Shown piece after piece: positions 24,967 through 38,446 of a stretch of 64,000 nt of DNA; the first letter of the stretch is position 1; the number at the start of each line of letters is the position of its first letter. The stretch spans positions 86,924,001 through 86,988,000 of the forward strand of contig OX597818.1 of the NCBI GenBank assembly GCA_951406725.2. The letters run 5' to 3'. The notes under the pieces were generated by a model. The model was not told where the DNA came from. It searched no databases and worked only from the letters and a program-made list of their open reading frames with translations. A program made the translations under genes and the position numbers. Origin of the DNA: Octopus vulgaris. Lineage: Eukaryota.

Positions 24967-25430
24967 GCCCGGTTTCTATGGCGTATGTGTTCCCTCCAGC
25001 TGGACGGGACACCAGTCCATCGCAGCGTTACTCAAGAAACAGGAAGAGAGAGAGTGAGAGAAAGTTGGGACGAAAGAGTACAACAGGGGTCACCATCCCC
25101 CCCCCCTGCCGGAGATTCGTGGAGCTTTTAGGGTTTTTTCGCCCAATAAACACACACAGCGTCCGGTCTGGGAATCGAAACCGGGCGTTGTATGTGTTTA
25201 TTGAGCGAAAACACCTGAAAGCTCCACGAGACTCCGGCTGAGGGAGGGGGGGATGGTGACCCCTGTTGTACTCTTTCGCCCCAACTTTCTCTCACTCTTT
25301 CTTCCTGTTTCTTGAGTAACGCTGCGATGGACTGGAGACCCGTCCAGCTGGCGAAGTGGGGGGGGGGGGGCAAATACGCCATAGAAACCGGGCCCATGAG
25401 CCTGGATCGGCTTGAAAAGGGCGCGTAAAT
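24964..25430. mobile_element. Two family C-variant SINEs fused head-to-head
   Basis: Minus copy 24964-25183, plus copy 25180-25430, sharing accg at the junction. Confidence 0.8.
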
Positions 25431-26769
25431 AAAATAATTTATGGGGGACGTAAGCAAACCAACACTGGTTGTCAAGTTGTGGTGTGGGACAAACACAAAG
25501 AAACACAGAATACATGTTAGGCTTCTATCGGTTTCTTTTTTTACCAAATCCACTCGCAAGTCTTTGATCAACCCGGGGCTATAGCAAAAAAGAGACTTGC
25601 CCAAGAATCCAAACAATGGGATTGAACCCAAAACCATGTAACCATGTAGTTGGGAAGCTAGCTTCTTTCCACACAGCTATGCTTTTTCTTCTCTGTGTTT
25701 GCAATTCACTGCCAAAGCCAGGAGAGGGTGGAAAATTCAATATGTCTGTCACAAAAACAAATAAATAAAATAAAAATAATAAAATAAATTTAATCAGCTG
25801 CCTTCCTTTAGCATAATAATAATAAATGTTAACAATGATGATACAAGTTTGCGAATCACATTTTTCTTTTTTTTTTACTTAAAAAGGACAAAAAGTCGAT
25901 AGCCAAATGCTGTAAAATGTTGAAACAGCAGCACCGTGTATGAACCATTATTTAATAGACAGGCATTAGGGTAAACAATTTTGCTGTAATGCAGGTTTAT
26001 TAAGGTAACTTTTTATCTAAGAATAGAACGAAAACTTGTTCTTTAGGTAAACTTACTGTCAAAATATTTTCTCTGTATAAATAAGTTGTGTGCTTTTTAG
26101 CTTCTGTTGGCATTCTATCAAGGGATTTTTTTTGTGTATGGAACTCGTACTGTATATCTATTTATACGTTTACCTCTGTCATGCTTTGCAAAATGGTGAC
26201 TGACATATCTCTAAAGAAACTTAAAAGATTTTGAGTAGAAGTGTTGAATTATACATGGGTGGAAGGTGTAATTGTGTGTTTAATTCTTTAGCATTTAGCA
26301 TTTAAACTGACCATATGTGGCCTAAATACGCTAACTCTTTTAAATCCAAACCGGTCAGATTTGGCTTCTCTCTCCTATTCTGTAATCTCTTGCTAAAAAT
26401 AAATAATTACGCCATTGAAATCTTGAAGCTATGAGACAAGCCCACGATTAGTTCAAAACAATGTGAATAAATAAGCATTAGATTTGACAGAGAAATTTGA
26501 ATGCCATAGGGCTTAGCGAACTCTGTTTCATTAGTTACATCATCATTCATTTAAATCTAACTAGTACACAGCCACCAGGTTTATTGTTCCTTTACCCTGG
26601 GACTTGAAACCTTTTTTGAGATGAACCACCTTCCCTACGTGCACCCCAGTTTTTCTACTTTGAAGTAAGACCCCAGGGATTCTATTTGTTTTTGTCTGTT
26701 CGGTTGAAAAAACTCATTGCCCTGTAGTCTAGATGTGTGAGATAATTCTATAAGGGTATGTACCTTATA

Positions 26770-26995
26770 GCGGACTCGCGGTTTCGATTCCCAGACCGGG
26801 CGTTGTGTGTGTTTATTGAGCGAAAACACTTAAAGAGCTCCATGAGGCTCCGGCAGGGGGTGGTGGCAACCCCTGTTGTACTCTTTCGCCACTACTTTCT
26901 CTTACTCTCTCTTCCTGTTTCTTGAGTAACGCTGCGAGGGGGGACACATACGCCACAGAAACCGAGCCCATGAACCTGTCCAGGCTTGAAAAAGG
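26770..26995 (+). mobile_element. Family C-variant SINE (body ttgagcgaaaacac...ctctttcgcc)
   Basis: B-box gtttcgattcc; matches 25180-25430. Confidence 0.75.
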
Positions 26996-27199
26996 CGACG
27001 TTTATCGTTATGTACTTTATAGCCCTAAAACGCCACAAATTTTAAGAAACTTTACAGCATTAGAAAATAAGGCAACAATAGATTTCTTTAGATTTTGTGT
27101 GGAATTAACCTTTCCATGAACGCTAAAAGACTTGAATTACAGTCAAACCCAGTTCATATAGCATTACAAAACTTAACTGATTGGAAGTGTTATCATATA

Positions 27200-27630
27200 C
27201 ATGTTTTGTCTTAGTATAAAAGATGAGTCACAACAAATATTCCACTCAATAGTCTTGCTTGTCAGTTGCTTGACCATAACCAGTTGAGCATGTCCCTTAG
27301 TAGCTGACGATATGTTCATCTTTGATCACTAGCAGTTAGTAGTGGGAGCGCATCATAGTGTTGGGAGAGATTCTTCAAGTTTTGAGTAATTCACCTCTGG
27401 AAATATGAGTGTTTCGTTCATCAACCTTAACCCGTACTCAGAGATCTTTTGGGTGGAATGGGCTACTCTACTTGAAGAAAATTCTGACCCTCACCTTCTG
27501 GGTCATGCGCTGTTTATCTTGATATGAGGTCACCACGTCGCGCACATATAGTTGTGATGCATGAGACCGGTGGTAGTCGTGATGGGTATATCGGACATCG
27601 TATATTTGTATCCCAGCGTCACTGGTCAGT
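27200..27630 (+). mobile_element. Degenerate copy of the (TAA)n-tailed non-LTR 3' repeat (family F)
   Basis: Colinear with 34800-35205 and 58030-58775. Confidence 0.7.
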
Positions 27631-27639
27631 GATAATCAT

Positions 27640-27847
27640 TTCTGCGGGCAGAAGGTTTGAAATTTTGGCAAGAGGAGTTAGTCGATTTCATCGATCCCCA
27701 GTGTTCAACTGGTACCTATTTCATCGCCCGCGAAGAGATGAAAGCAAAGTCGACCTCGGCGAAATAGGAACTCTGCCTTTCGTGCTAAGAATTCATCTAG
27801 CTCGTATAATAAATAATGATGATAATAATAATAATAATAATAATAGC

Positions 27848-27895
<48 letters not shown>

Positions 27896-28355
27896 TATTA
27901 TTATTATTATTATTACTTTTCTACTAAAGGCACAAGGCCTGGAATTTGGGGGGAGGGGATTAGTCGATTACATCGACCCCAGTATTTCGACCACGAAAAG
28001 ATGAAAGTCAAAGTCGACCTCGGCGGAATTTGGACTCAGAACGTAGCGACGGACAATCATTTCATAGACAGCTATTCATTTCATTCCAGCGTACTAACAA
28101 TTCCACCAGCTCGCCGCCTTAATAATAACAATAATGATAATCCTTTCTATTATAGACACGAGGCCCGATATTTTTGAGTGGAGGGGGTTAGTCGGTAACA
28201 TCGACCTCAGATTTTTCCTGGTACTTATTTTATCGACCCATAAAGGATGAAAGGTAAATGTGACATCGGCGGGGTTTGAACTCGGAAGGTAAAGAGCCGG
28301 AAGAAACGCTGCTAAGCATTTCGACACTCTAACGATTTTTCCAGCTCACCGCTTT
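27640..28355 (-). mobile_element. Cluster of three family B SINE pieces around an (AAT)n/(TAT)n microsatellite
   Basis: Repeated aaagtcgacctcggcg and ccagctcgccgcc motifs. Confidence 0.75.
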
Positions 28356-29165
28356 AATGATATCGATAATTACACGAACTTGTCTCAGGCATATTTATAT
28401 ATAAAAATAGCTACTGCACTGGAGAAAAGAAAGACACCTTTTGATACCAGCTAATTCATATTTCTATTGGTAAAGAAATCGAATTTAAAAAAAAAAAAAA
28501 AGAAATTAGAAATTGAAAATTAGGTTTAGTATTAACATATATAATAAATGATGCATTAACGAGCTAACTAAAAATAATTATAGGTCGATGAGAAAATCAA
28601 TATCAGTGAATAGCTAATATTAATTTCGTCTTTCCACCAAGTATGGAACAACACCGGGGGATATGTTTCAATCTTATTCTGATCTTGTCAGAATAAGATT
28701 TGTTACTTGGTTTGTCAGAGTAGTGATGAAAGGGTCACAAAATAAACGTACAAGATTGTATACATTCGTATTTTGTTAGTGCAGGGTGTAGGGAAACAGA
28801 ATTAATTCAGCTGATGCTATCATCTGAATTATTCAGACGTTGCTATCCACATACGAAATTAATTAAACAAAAATCAGCAAAGGGATTAACTCATTGATCA
28901 TTAGCATATATATGAACAATATAGACAAATACAGGGTTATCAAATATCATACAAAATGAATTCCTGGTTTACGAAAATACTCTCCGTCAAATTTATAAAT
29001 TAAGTACCATATTCGTTCTTCTACGTCTAAATTATACTTAGTCATTTTCTCTCACAAAATATCTGTCAACTCAAGGCTTCCCAACAAGAAGGTTTCGGAT
29101 TCAGTTACCACTGTGTAGCACCTTGGGCAAGTGTCTTCTACTGTAGTCCCGGGCCGGTCAAAGCC

Positions 29166-29415
29166 TTTTTTCCCCCCCGCCCTTTTCAAGCCTAGCCAGG
29201 CTCATGGGCCCGGTTTCAATGGCGTATGTGTTCCCCAGCTGGACGAGACGCCAGTCTATCGCAGCGTTACTCATTTTTGCCAGCTGAGTGGACTGGAGCA
29301 ACGTGAAATGAAATGTTTTGCTCAAGAACACAACGCGTCGCCCGGTCCAGGAATCGAAACCACAATCTTACGATCATGATACTGACACCCTAACCACTAC
29401 GCCACGCGCCTCCAC
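29166..29415 (-). mobile_element. Family C SINE inserted into an older family A-head / family D-tail SINE (about 29075-29740)
   Basis: Near-identical to 30552-30811; the host SINE resumes at gatttggtagacagaaact. Confidence 0.8.
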
Positions 29416-30551
29416 TTTGAATAGATTTGGTAGACAGAAACTAAAAGAAGTCTGGTGTGTGTTTGTGTGTGTGTGCGCGCGCGTATATGTGTGTGTGTGT
29501 GTGTTTATATGTATGTGTCTTGTCTTGTCATCATGTACATGTAAATAAGTGCCACCGTCATGCAAGCAGTACTATTCGTTTCCAATCTTCCGTGAAACTG
29601 TCTGATCATAGGAAAATATTGCCTCATTTGAAAAAGTGAGCATTGACAACGAGAAGGGCCTCTCACCGTAGAAAATTTACCTGAACACATTCGTTCCGAA
29701 CCCATGCGAGCATGGTAAACTGACGGCGATGATGATGAAGTTTCCTCATTAACTACCACCACACCATTCCCGCACTAATTCTAGTGTTTATTATTTATTT
29801 TTTAAAACTCTTCTAATGAATGTTGTTGGTTTTTCAGCTAATTTTGGCAAACTCGGCAGTCAAAGTTTTTTAATTACTTCGATAATTATTACTTTGTCTC
29901 ATTATAACTGCAGACTTTGATTTCGTTTTCTTAATATCTCGGTCACTAAACATGGTTGCCGTTGTTGTTTGTCTCTCTTACAACTTTTCGATGAAGCTAA
30001 TCATATTTTTTTTCTCTTTAATCATTAACCTTGTTATTTAAATATGACTATTTCGAGAAAGTGAAGCACTTAGTACAACTGTCTTCTTACCCAATACAGC
30101 TTTATCTAGTTACTCAACGTGCTTGTAATAACTGTCAAATATCCCTCAGAGTATTTACTGTCTTAAACGAAAAAGAAAGATGCATTGAATGAGGTAATCC
30201 CAAATATGCTTTTCCATTAAAAAAAACCCCAGTAAAGATAGATATTGTAGTTACAGATAGAGCATGATTCTACAACGTGCGGCAGAAAAACCTCCCATAT
30301 TTTATATTGCCACTGCTTTGGTACTAGTGAAGGTAGACTAGTGATAATTCTACCTTTCTCTAGCTAGTGTTTTACCGATTTTGTTTTATTGAGTTGCTAT
30401 CGTGGTTTGAATCGGTGTTTACAGTGCATTTGCTGTTTAAACGTATATCTAGAACGGTAAATTTTAGTTTAGTACAAACTTTGTCACCTAACACATTATT
30501 TGGTCACTCAACTTCCTTGAATAAGTCAAATTTCCCTCAAACTATATCTTA

Positions 30552-30811
30552 AAATAAAATAAATGTGCCCTTTTAAAGCCTAGCCAGGCTCATGGGCCCG
30601 ATTTCCCGGTTTCTATAGCGTATGTGTTCACCAGCTGGACGGGACGCCAGTCCATCGCAGCGTTACTCATTTTTGCCAGCTGAGTGGACTGGAGTAACGT
30701 GAAATGAAGTGTTTTGCGCAAGAACACAACGCGTCGCCCCGATTCAGGAATCGAAACCACAATCTTACGATCATGATGCTGACACCCTAACCACTAAGCC
30801 ACGCGCCTCCA
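30552..30811 (-). mobile_element. Full-length young family C SINE (V-domain-like tail)
   Basis: 14-bp TSD caaactatatctta at 30538-30551 and 30812-30825; reverse strand has gcgatggactggcgtcccgtccag. Confidence 0.88.
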
Positions 30812-31473
30812 CAAACTATATCTTACTGTGTTAAAAAAATAAAATATGCATTGAATGATGTAATCCTAGATCTGGAAAAAGGTAAAAATAAATAAATAAA
30901 AAAACGAAACGAAACAGTGGTTATAGCTAGAACATTTGATCGCAGGTATACTACCTGTGGCAGAAAATCCTCCCGTATTTTTTATGGCCATCGTTGTGAC
31001 GACAGTAAAATTAGGTTTATGGTAATGGTGTTTCCATATAGCTAGATATTTACCGTTTCGTTTTGTTCAGCTACCAGCATGATGGGAACCGGTGTATGTT
31101 TACAGTTGGAACATTTATCAAAAATGGTACATCAGTTTTTTTTTTGGTTTTTGGTTTTATTTGTGGCTGCACCTTGTAGATTAATATTAAACGAGGTTTT
31201 ATAATGTCTCAGATGCAAATGCCTTCTTTTTGTTTTAATGGTGGGTTTTATAAATATTGTGTGTTAAAGGATATACAAATTTTTAAACAAAAATAAAGCA
31301 GTCAGAGCTATCAACATCACTGAATTGATGGGGGAAATTGTGCTGATAAAAAATAATTGCATTGATAAACACGAGATCTACTTAGATTGGGGATGACGTA
31401 GAACGCATAAAGGGGGTTGGGATGCAATCGGAATGAAGTAGATGAGCTTTTTATGTTGTTCATTCATACACAT

Positions 31474-31762
31474 GAGGTCGACTTTGCCTTTCATCCTTTC
31501 AGGGTCGATAAATTAAGTACCAGCGAAACACTGGGTCAATGTCATCGACTAACCACTTCCCCGCCAAATCTCAGTCCTTGTGCCTATAGTAAAACAGATT
31601 ACGTTTTGAGTTCAAATTCCGCCGAGGTTGACTTTGCCTTTCATCCCTTCGGGGTCGATAAATTAAGTACCAGTTACGCCCTGGGGTTGATGTAATCTAC
31701 TTAATCCGTTTGTCTGTTCTTGTTTTTCCCCTGTGTTTAGCCCCTTGTGGGTAGTAAAGAAA
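31474..31762 (+). mobile_element. Two tandem 5'-truncated family B SINEs
   Basis: Meta-like core present twice. Confidence 0.75.
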
Positions 31763-31764
31763 TA

Positions 31765-32255
31765 TATTATTATTATTATTGAGTGAGAGAGCAGTGCATG
31801 CCATCAAAGTGACACTGGGGTAAAATATACGAAGCCCAGTATACCCATCATGACTACCCGTCTGATAAGGGTACACCAGGCACATGCATCACAAATATAT
31901 GTGCACGAAATGATGATCTCATATCAAGATAAACAGCACATGACCTTGTAGGTGGGGACCAGTTAGAATTTTCTTCTGGTCGAGTAACCCATCTTGCTCA
32001 AAAGGTCCCTGAGTAAGGGTTGTTTAAGGATGTTGAACGAAACACCCATGTTTCCAGAGGTGAATTATTCAAACCCCAAAGAATCCCCCTCTCAACACGT
32101 GGCTATGATACTCCCCCACTACTTCTGCTCATGATCAGAGATGAACATATCATCAGCCACTAAGGGACATGCTCAACTGGTTAAGGCCAAACAACTGACA
32201 AGCAAATCTGTGGTATTGAGCAGAATATTTGCTGTAGCCTATCTTTTTTATACCT
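31765..32255 (-). mobile_element. Family F: 3' end of a non-LTR element with a (TAA)n tail, in a TAA microsatellite
   Basis: (TTA)n on both sides; four copies in the window share the 3' end ctctctcactcaataataat (degenerate in the 27.2 kb copy) and differ at their 5' ends. Dong/R4-like targeting is inference only. Confidence 0.7.
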
Positions 32256-32869
32256 TATTATTATTATTGTTATTTAAAATGCACTTAGCTGGCAAAGTCG
32301 TTACCATACCGGATGAAATGCTTAGCGGAATTTCTTACGGCTGTACGTTCTGAGTTCAAATTCTGCCAAGGTCGACTTTGCCTATCATTCTGTTAGTTGT
32401 TGTAACAATAGTGTCGTAATAAGTCATGATGATAGTAGTGGTAGTGGTGGTGGTAATCTATTCTTTACATTGATCGACAGCAAGAACTTGGTGAGATTTG
32501 GTTCAGGTAAGAGCTGACTCACATAGCTTTGTTGTTCAAAAATCTATGACAAAGACACACACAAAACGTTAGATACTGACACATTTGAGAGGACTTAAAT
32601 TAAACCTAGAAAATAGATTTAAGAATAACGTATAAAAGGAAATACAACCTAATTGGTATGTTTCTACGTGGAATAATAATAATGATGATGATGATAATGA
32701 TTCTTTCTTCTGTTAGGAAATTCTGCGGGGCGAAGCTAGTCGATGACAAGGACCTTTGTACGCAACTGGTACTAATTTAGAGACTTCGACGGAATTTGAA
32801 GTCAGAACGTAACGGCAGAAAAAATATCGCTAAGCATTTTGTCTGACGATTCTGCCAACTCACTGTCCT

Positions 32870-33265
32870 TTCTTTTATTCGTTTGTCATTTTGACTGCGG
32901 CCATGCTGGAGCACCGCCTTTAGTCGAGCAAATCGACCCCAGGACTTATTCTTTGTAAGCTTAGTACTTATTCTATAAGTCTCTTATGCCGAACCGCTAA
33001 GTTACGGGGACGTAAGCATCGATGTCAAGCGATGTTGGGACACACACACAAACATATACATACACACATACATACATGTGTATATATATATATATATATA
33101 TATACGACGGGCTTCTTTCAGTTTCCGTCTACCAAATTCACTCACAAGGCTTTGGTCGGCCCGAGGCTATAGTAGAAGACACTTGCCCAAGGTGCTACGC
33201 AGTGGGACTGAACCTGGAACCATGTGGCTGGTTAGCAAGCTACCTACCACGCAGCCACTCCTGCA
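32870..33265 (-). mobile_element. Full-length family A SINE, CpGs intact
   Basis: Same layout as 15870-16275. Confidence 0.85.
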
Positions 33266-33294
33266 ACCTTATAATAATAATAATAATGATAATC

Positions 33295-33737
33295 TTTTCT
33301 ACTGTAGGTACAAGGCCTAGACTTTGGAGGAAGGGATTAAATCGATTACATCGATCCCAGCACGTAGGTACTTATATAATTGACTCCGAAAGAATGAAGG
33401 CAAAATCGACCTCGGCGGAATTTGAACTCAGAACGTAAAGACGGACGAAATGCCGCTAAGCATTTTGCCCGGCGTGCTAACGATTCTGCCAGCTTGCTAA
33501 TAATAACAATAATAATGATTTCTTTTTTTAATCTGGAAACACGAGGCCTCAAATTTGGGGGAAAGGATTAAGTCGACTACATCGACCCCAATGTGTAACT
33601 GGTACTTATTTAATCCACTCTTAAAAGATGAAACGTAAAATCGACTTTGGCAGAATTTGAACTCACAACGTAAAGACGGATGAAATGCCACTAAACATTT
33701 TTCCCGGCGTGCAAACGATTCTGCCAGCTCGCCGCCT
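33295..33737 (-). mobile_element. Two tandem family B SINEs followed by (AAT)n
   Basis: Meta-like core twice, each ending ctgccagct. Confidence 0.8.
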
Positions 33738-34799
33738 TAATAATAATAATAATAATGATGATAATGATAATAATAATAACAATAATAATAATAGTAACAA
33801 TAATAATAGTAATAATAACAACAACAACAATAATAATAATAATAACAATAGTAACAATAATGATAATAGTAATAATAATAATAACAATAATAATAATAGT
33901 AATGACAGAAACAACTAAAATGATTCGAAACACCTTGGTTTTTACCTGTCGCTAAGAGAACACCACAGACGTTTTGTATGTTCCATTTAATGTGTGTTTG
34001 GTAGTGAGTTTTTCAGGTATTTTCTGCATGATCTAATTGTGCCGGTAATGGTGGCGATGATGATGATGGTGTATGTGTGTGTGTAGGTAGATGGGTTTAT
34101 TTCCTTATTTCCTGTCTTATGTTGTGATGATGATTATGATGACGACCATGGAAGTATTTTCTGCATCAGGTAAAATTGTGGTGGTGATGAAAGTATCTTC
34201 TACATCGTGGTGGTGGTGGAGAAGGGGAGTATTTTTCTGCATCGTATGGTGGTGGTGTGGGTGTGGTAGACAGTTCAGTAGTGAGAACGACAGCTAATGT
34301 GCAATCTCCCCTATTTCAGTTGATGACGGCGAAGTGGGCGGGGAAAAAGGAAGACAAAAAATTTTATATAAAAAAAAAAAATTTTTTTTTTTTTTGTAAA
34401 CGCTGTCTTGCAGACTTGAAACTGTGTTGAAGTTTGTTTAGTGCTCTGCTCAGCAACCACCCACTGCCTCTGTCTGTCTGCTTGTCCCCTCCACACCGCC
34501 ACCCCCGCCCGTCAATATCACCAATTCCATTCACTTGGAAATGGTGCAGGAAAACGATATTTCATGTGGAGACACCTACACAGTTTAACAATTTCTGCAC
34601 AGTCGTTCAACTTGCTAGAAATAGCAGCTATCATACCAAGGACATATTAGATAATAATGCAGTTCTTGATATACTATCTTTGGAGGCAAAAAAAAAAAAA
34701 AATACCAGTAGCTCATGGCTAAAACACCTTTGATCAGAAGTCTACTCTGTTAGGGTTGACTTCTTTTATACAACAACAACAACAATAATAATAATAATA

Positions 34800-35205
34800 T
34801 TCTGCTCGATACCACAGATGGTGGCTGACGATATGTTCATCTCTGATCAAGAGCAGAAGTAGTGGGGGAGCATTATAGCCATGTGTTGAGAGGAATTATT
34901 TGGAGTTTGAATAATTCACTCCTGGAAACATGGGTGTTTTGTTCAACATTCTGAAACAACATACACAGGGACCTTTTGAGCGGGATGGGCTTCTCGACCT
35001 GAAGAAAATTCTAACTGGGCCCCCACCAGCAAGGTCATGTACTGTTTATCTTGATATGAGATCACCATGTCGCGCACATATAGTTGTGATGCATGTGCCT
35101 GGTGTACACTTATCAGGCATGTAGTCATGATGGGTATACTGGGCTTCGTATATTTTACCCTAGTGTCACTTTGACGGCATGCACTGCTCTCTCACTCAAT
35201 AATAA
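34800..35205 (+). mobile_element. Family F non-LTR 3' repeat
   Basis: Reverse complement of 31765-32255; (AAT)n on both sides. Confidence 0.75.
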
Positions 35206-36098
35206 TTTTGACAAGGCTAGTGATTTTAGCGAGGTAAATCGATTACATCAACCGCAGTGTTTAGGTGGTTCTTATTTTATCAACACCGCAAAGATGAAGG
35301 CCAAAGTTGTCCTTCGTGGGATTTCAACTTGGAACTTAAAGAGCCGGAAGAAATATTTTGTCCGACGCGTAACAATTCTGGCAGCTCACCGCCATAAGGA
35401 CGACAAAGTTGGCATTGACGGGATTTGAACTCGGAATATAAACCCTTGGTGAAACACTGCAAAGCAATTTTTCTGGCACTCTTAACAATTCTGCTCAGCT
35501 CGCTGCAATAATAATAATAATGGTTTCAAGTTTTGCCACGTGGGCAGCAAGTTTGGGAGAGGGGGATAAGTCGTTTACATCAGCCCCAGTGTTTCGTTGG
35601 TACTTATTTTATCGACCCTGGCGGCGGAATTTGAACTCAGAATGTAGCGGCAGACGAAATACCGCTAAGCACTTCGCTCGGCGCGGTAACGATTGTGCCA
35701 GCTCGCCTTGTTGTTGATCATGATCATGATGGCAGCAGCAGCAAGACGTTGGGGGAGGTGACAGTCGATTATATCGACATCAGTTCTGTACTGGTAATTG
35801 ATTTATCGCATTTTAAGAGCTACTTTTGACACATTCAGCTACCACTTATAAACAAGTACTTCGCTTCAACAATGTAATTAATCCCTAACTACAATATCGG
35901 AATGGTTTGCCTTTACGTCAGTGCCAATTACGATTAGGCATATCGCACCTAAATTATGACATAATTTTGAGTTAATTTAGTGTCTGTGTGCGATACAAGC
36001 GTCTACTTTTCATTCGTCTTTACTAATATCCAAGTTTGTATTTATTAACATTATACACACACACACACACACACACTCACTCACTCACTCACTCTCTT

Positions 36099-36158
<60 letters not shown>

Positions 36159-36574
36159 GAGAGAGAGAGAGAGAGAGAGAGAGTAGGCGCAGGCATGGTT
36201 ATGTGATTAAGAAGCTCGCTTTTGCAACCACGTGGTTTCGGGTTCACTCCTACTGCATGACACCTTGAGCATTTGTCTTCTTCGAAGCCGAGCAGTGCTG
36301 TGAGAGTTGTTGTTTTTTTTTTTTAATAGCATGACATAATCGTTAGCACGCTGGACAAAATGTTTAGTCGCATTTCATACGTCATTACGTTCTGAGTTCA
36401 AATTCCGCCGACATTGCTTTTCATCCTTTCCGGTTGTTAATATAATTGTTATGATTACTAGTTTTAGCGATAGGGATGATGTAATCGACTTACCCTTCCC
36501 TCCAGACTGCTGGCCGTGTGCCATAGATTGAAACCATTATAAAAAGACATAAAATCCATGTATGCATGTGTGTC

Positions 36575-37510
36575 ATTATTCAGTTTATCTTAAGATTTCT
36601 TGCCAATAGGGAAAGAACCAGTTTCTAACTTAGATCCAAGGTTCCTTCCTTGGAATTTCAACATCAACAACCGGGTGGGTATGTATGTATGTATGTATGT
36701 ATGTATGTATGTATGTATGTATGTATGTATGTATGTATGTATTCAGTTTATTTCAAGATTTCTTGCCAATAGGGAAAGAATCGGTTTCTAACCTAGATCC
36801 AAGGTTCCTTTATTGGAATTTCAACATCAACAACCGGATATGAATGTATGTATGTTTTATGTATGTATGCTCATATATATTTAAATGATAAACTTCTGGA
36901 AAGTGATGGATTGGATCTGTAGCCTTCGAATAAGTTTTCTCCTTTCTGATTTTGAGAAGCCTAATTTCTCAAGATTAGTATTTAGGCAGTGTGTTACACA
37001 TCCCAGCGCTCCAATAATTACAGGTATAAACCTGAACTTGTATGTATGTATTTACGTGTGTGCATGCATGAGTAGAATTTAGTGAGATCAAACTCGATAC
37101 CACTCTCAGTCGTTACCCTGAATTCCACGCTTTCATTTTGACGATTTCAAGAACCAGTTTCTAACTTAGATCCAAGGTTCCTTCCTTGGAATTTCATCAA
37201 CAACCGGATATGAATGTATGTATGTTTTATGTATGTATGCTCTTATATATTTAAATGATAAACTTCTGGAAAGTGATGGATTGGATCTGTAGCCTTCGAA
37301 TTAGTTTTCTCCTTTCTGATTTTGAGTAAGCCTAATTTCTCAAGATTAGTATTTAGGCAGTGTGTACACATCCCAGCGCTCCAATAATTACAGGTATAAA
37401 CCTGAACTTGTATGTATGTATTTACGTGTGTGCATGCATGAGTAGAATTTACGTGAGATCAAACTCGATACAACTCTCAGTCGTTACCCTGAATTCCACG
37501 CTTTCATTTT
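36575..37510. repeat. Tandem roughly 100-bp unit (x3) and a roughly 360-bp near-identical direct duplication
   Basis: gtttctaac(t/c)tagatccaaggttcc three times; about 36780-37139 is repeated at about 37150-37510. Confidence 0.85.
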
Positions 37511-37589
37511 CGGTTTCTTTAGCGATTTGAAAAGCTCGGAGTCTGTTTGAGGGAAGCCTCAGTTTCTTGTCTCTCTCTTTCTCTCTCTT

Positions 37590-37657
<68 letters not shown>

Positions 37658-38193
37658 ACGACCTCTAACCCACAAGAGTAAACAAGAGAGACAGAGACAG
37701 GCAGAAACAAAGAAAATGCCACTTGTATTTGAACACTATACAAATATTCTATAAAAAAAAACCTTTTTAAAAATTTTTTTCTAAATTTGATTATTTTATT
37801 GTTACAGTTGAAAAAGTCTCAATGACTGAAACCGATACTGAAATGTTCTTTATAAAATTATTTTAGCATTTTCTATCCTGAATTGTTTTTTCATATACAT
37901 ATATATACGCAGACACTCACACATACACCCTCTTACATATGTTGATACAGTCAGGATTTTGTTAGTCTGATTATCTTGCGAAGCTATCAGTTTGTCTGTC
38001 ATCTCGTGATGATCACTGAATAACTGTCGATAACTAGGCTCTGATCTTGTGCTATCTGTCCTATTAATCTCTGGGTTTATATCTTTGTTCCATAAAATAT
38101 GACCCCCAACACTCTTGTCTTTTCAAATTCTCATAGGCTACGAAACCTATGCAATGGATTTTCTTGTTGAGCAGTTGTTTTAATCCACCCCCT

Positions 38194-38252
<59 letters not shown>

Positions 38253-38446
38253 TCTTGATAATACCTGAATGAAGGTGCTTCTTCGTTCATCTTTGGTGAA
38301 TATATTTATAGCTTAACCAGAAGGAATTGATGTCATCAGACGATATTCAACGATCATCGAGTGTTCCAACCCTGAGCTGTAACACCTTTTCGTTGGTGGA
38401 TCAGCAGACGTGGCTCAGGCTTCCAGCTTAACTCCTCTCTCTTGCT

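Noticed and set aside
25195-25290. Hairpin-rich SINE body tested as an HDV-like ribozyme
   Set aside because: No P3/L3 or nested pseudoknot pairing found on either strand.
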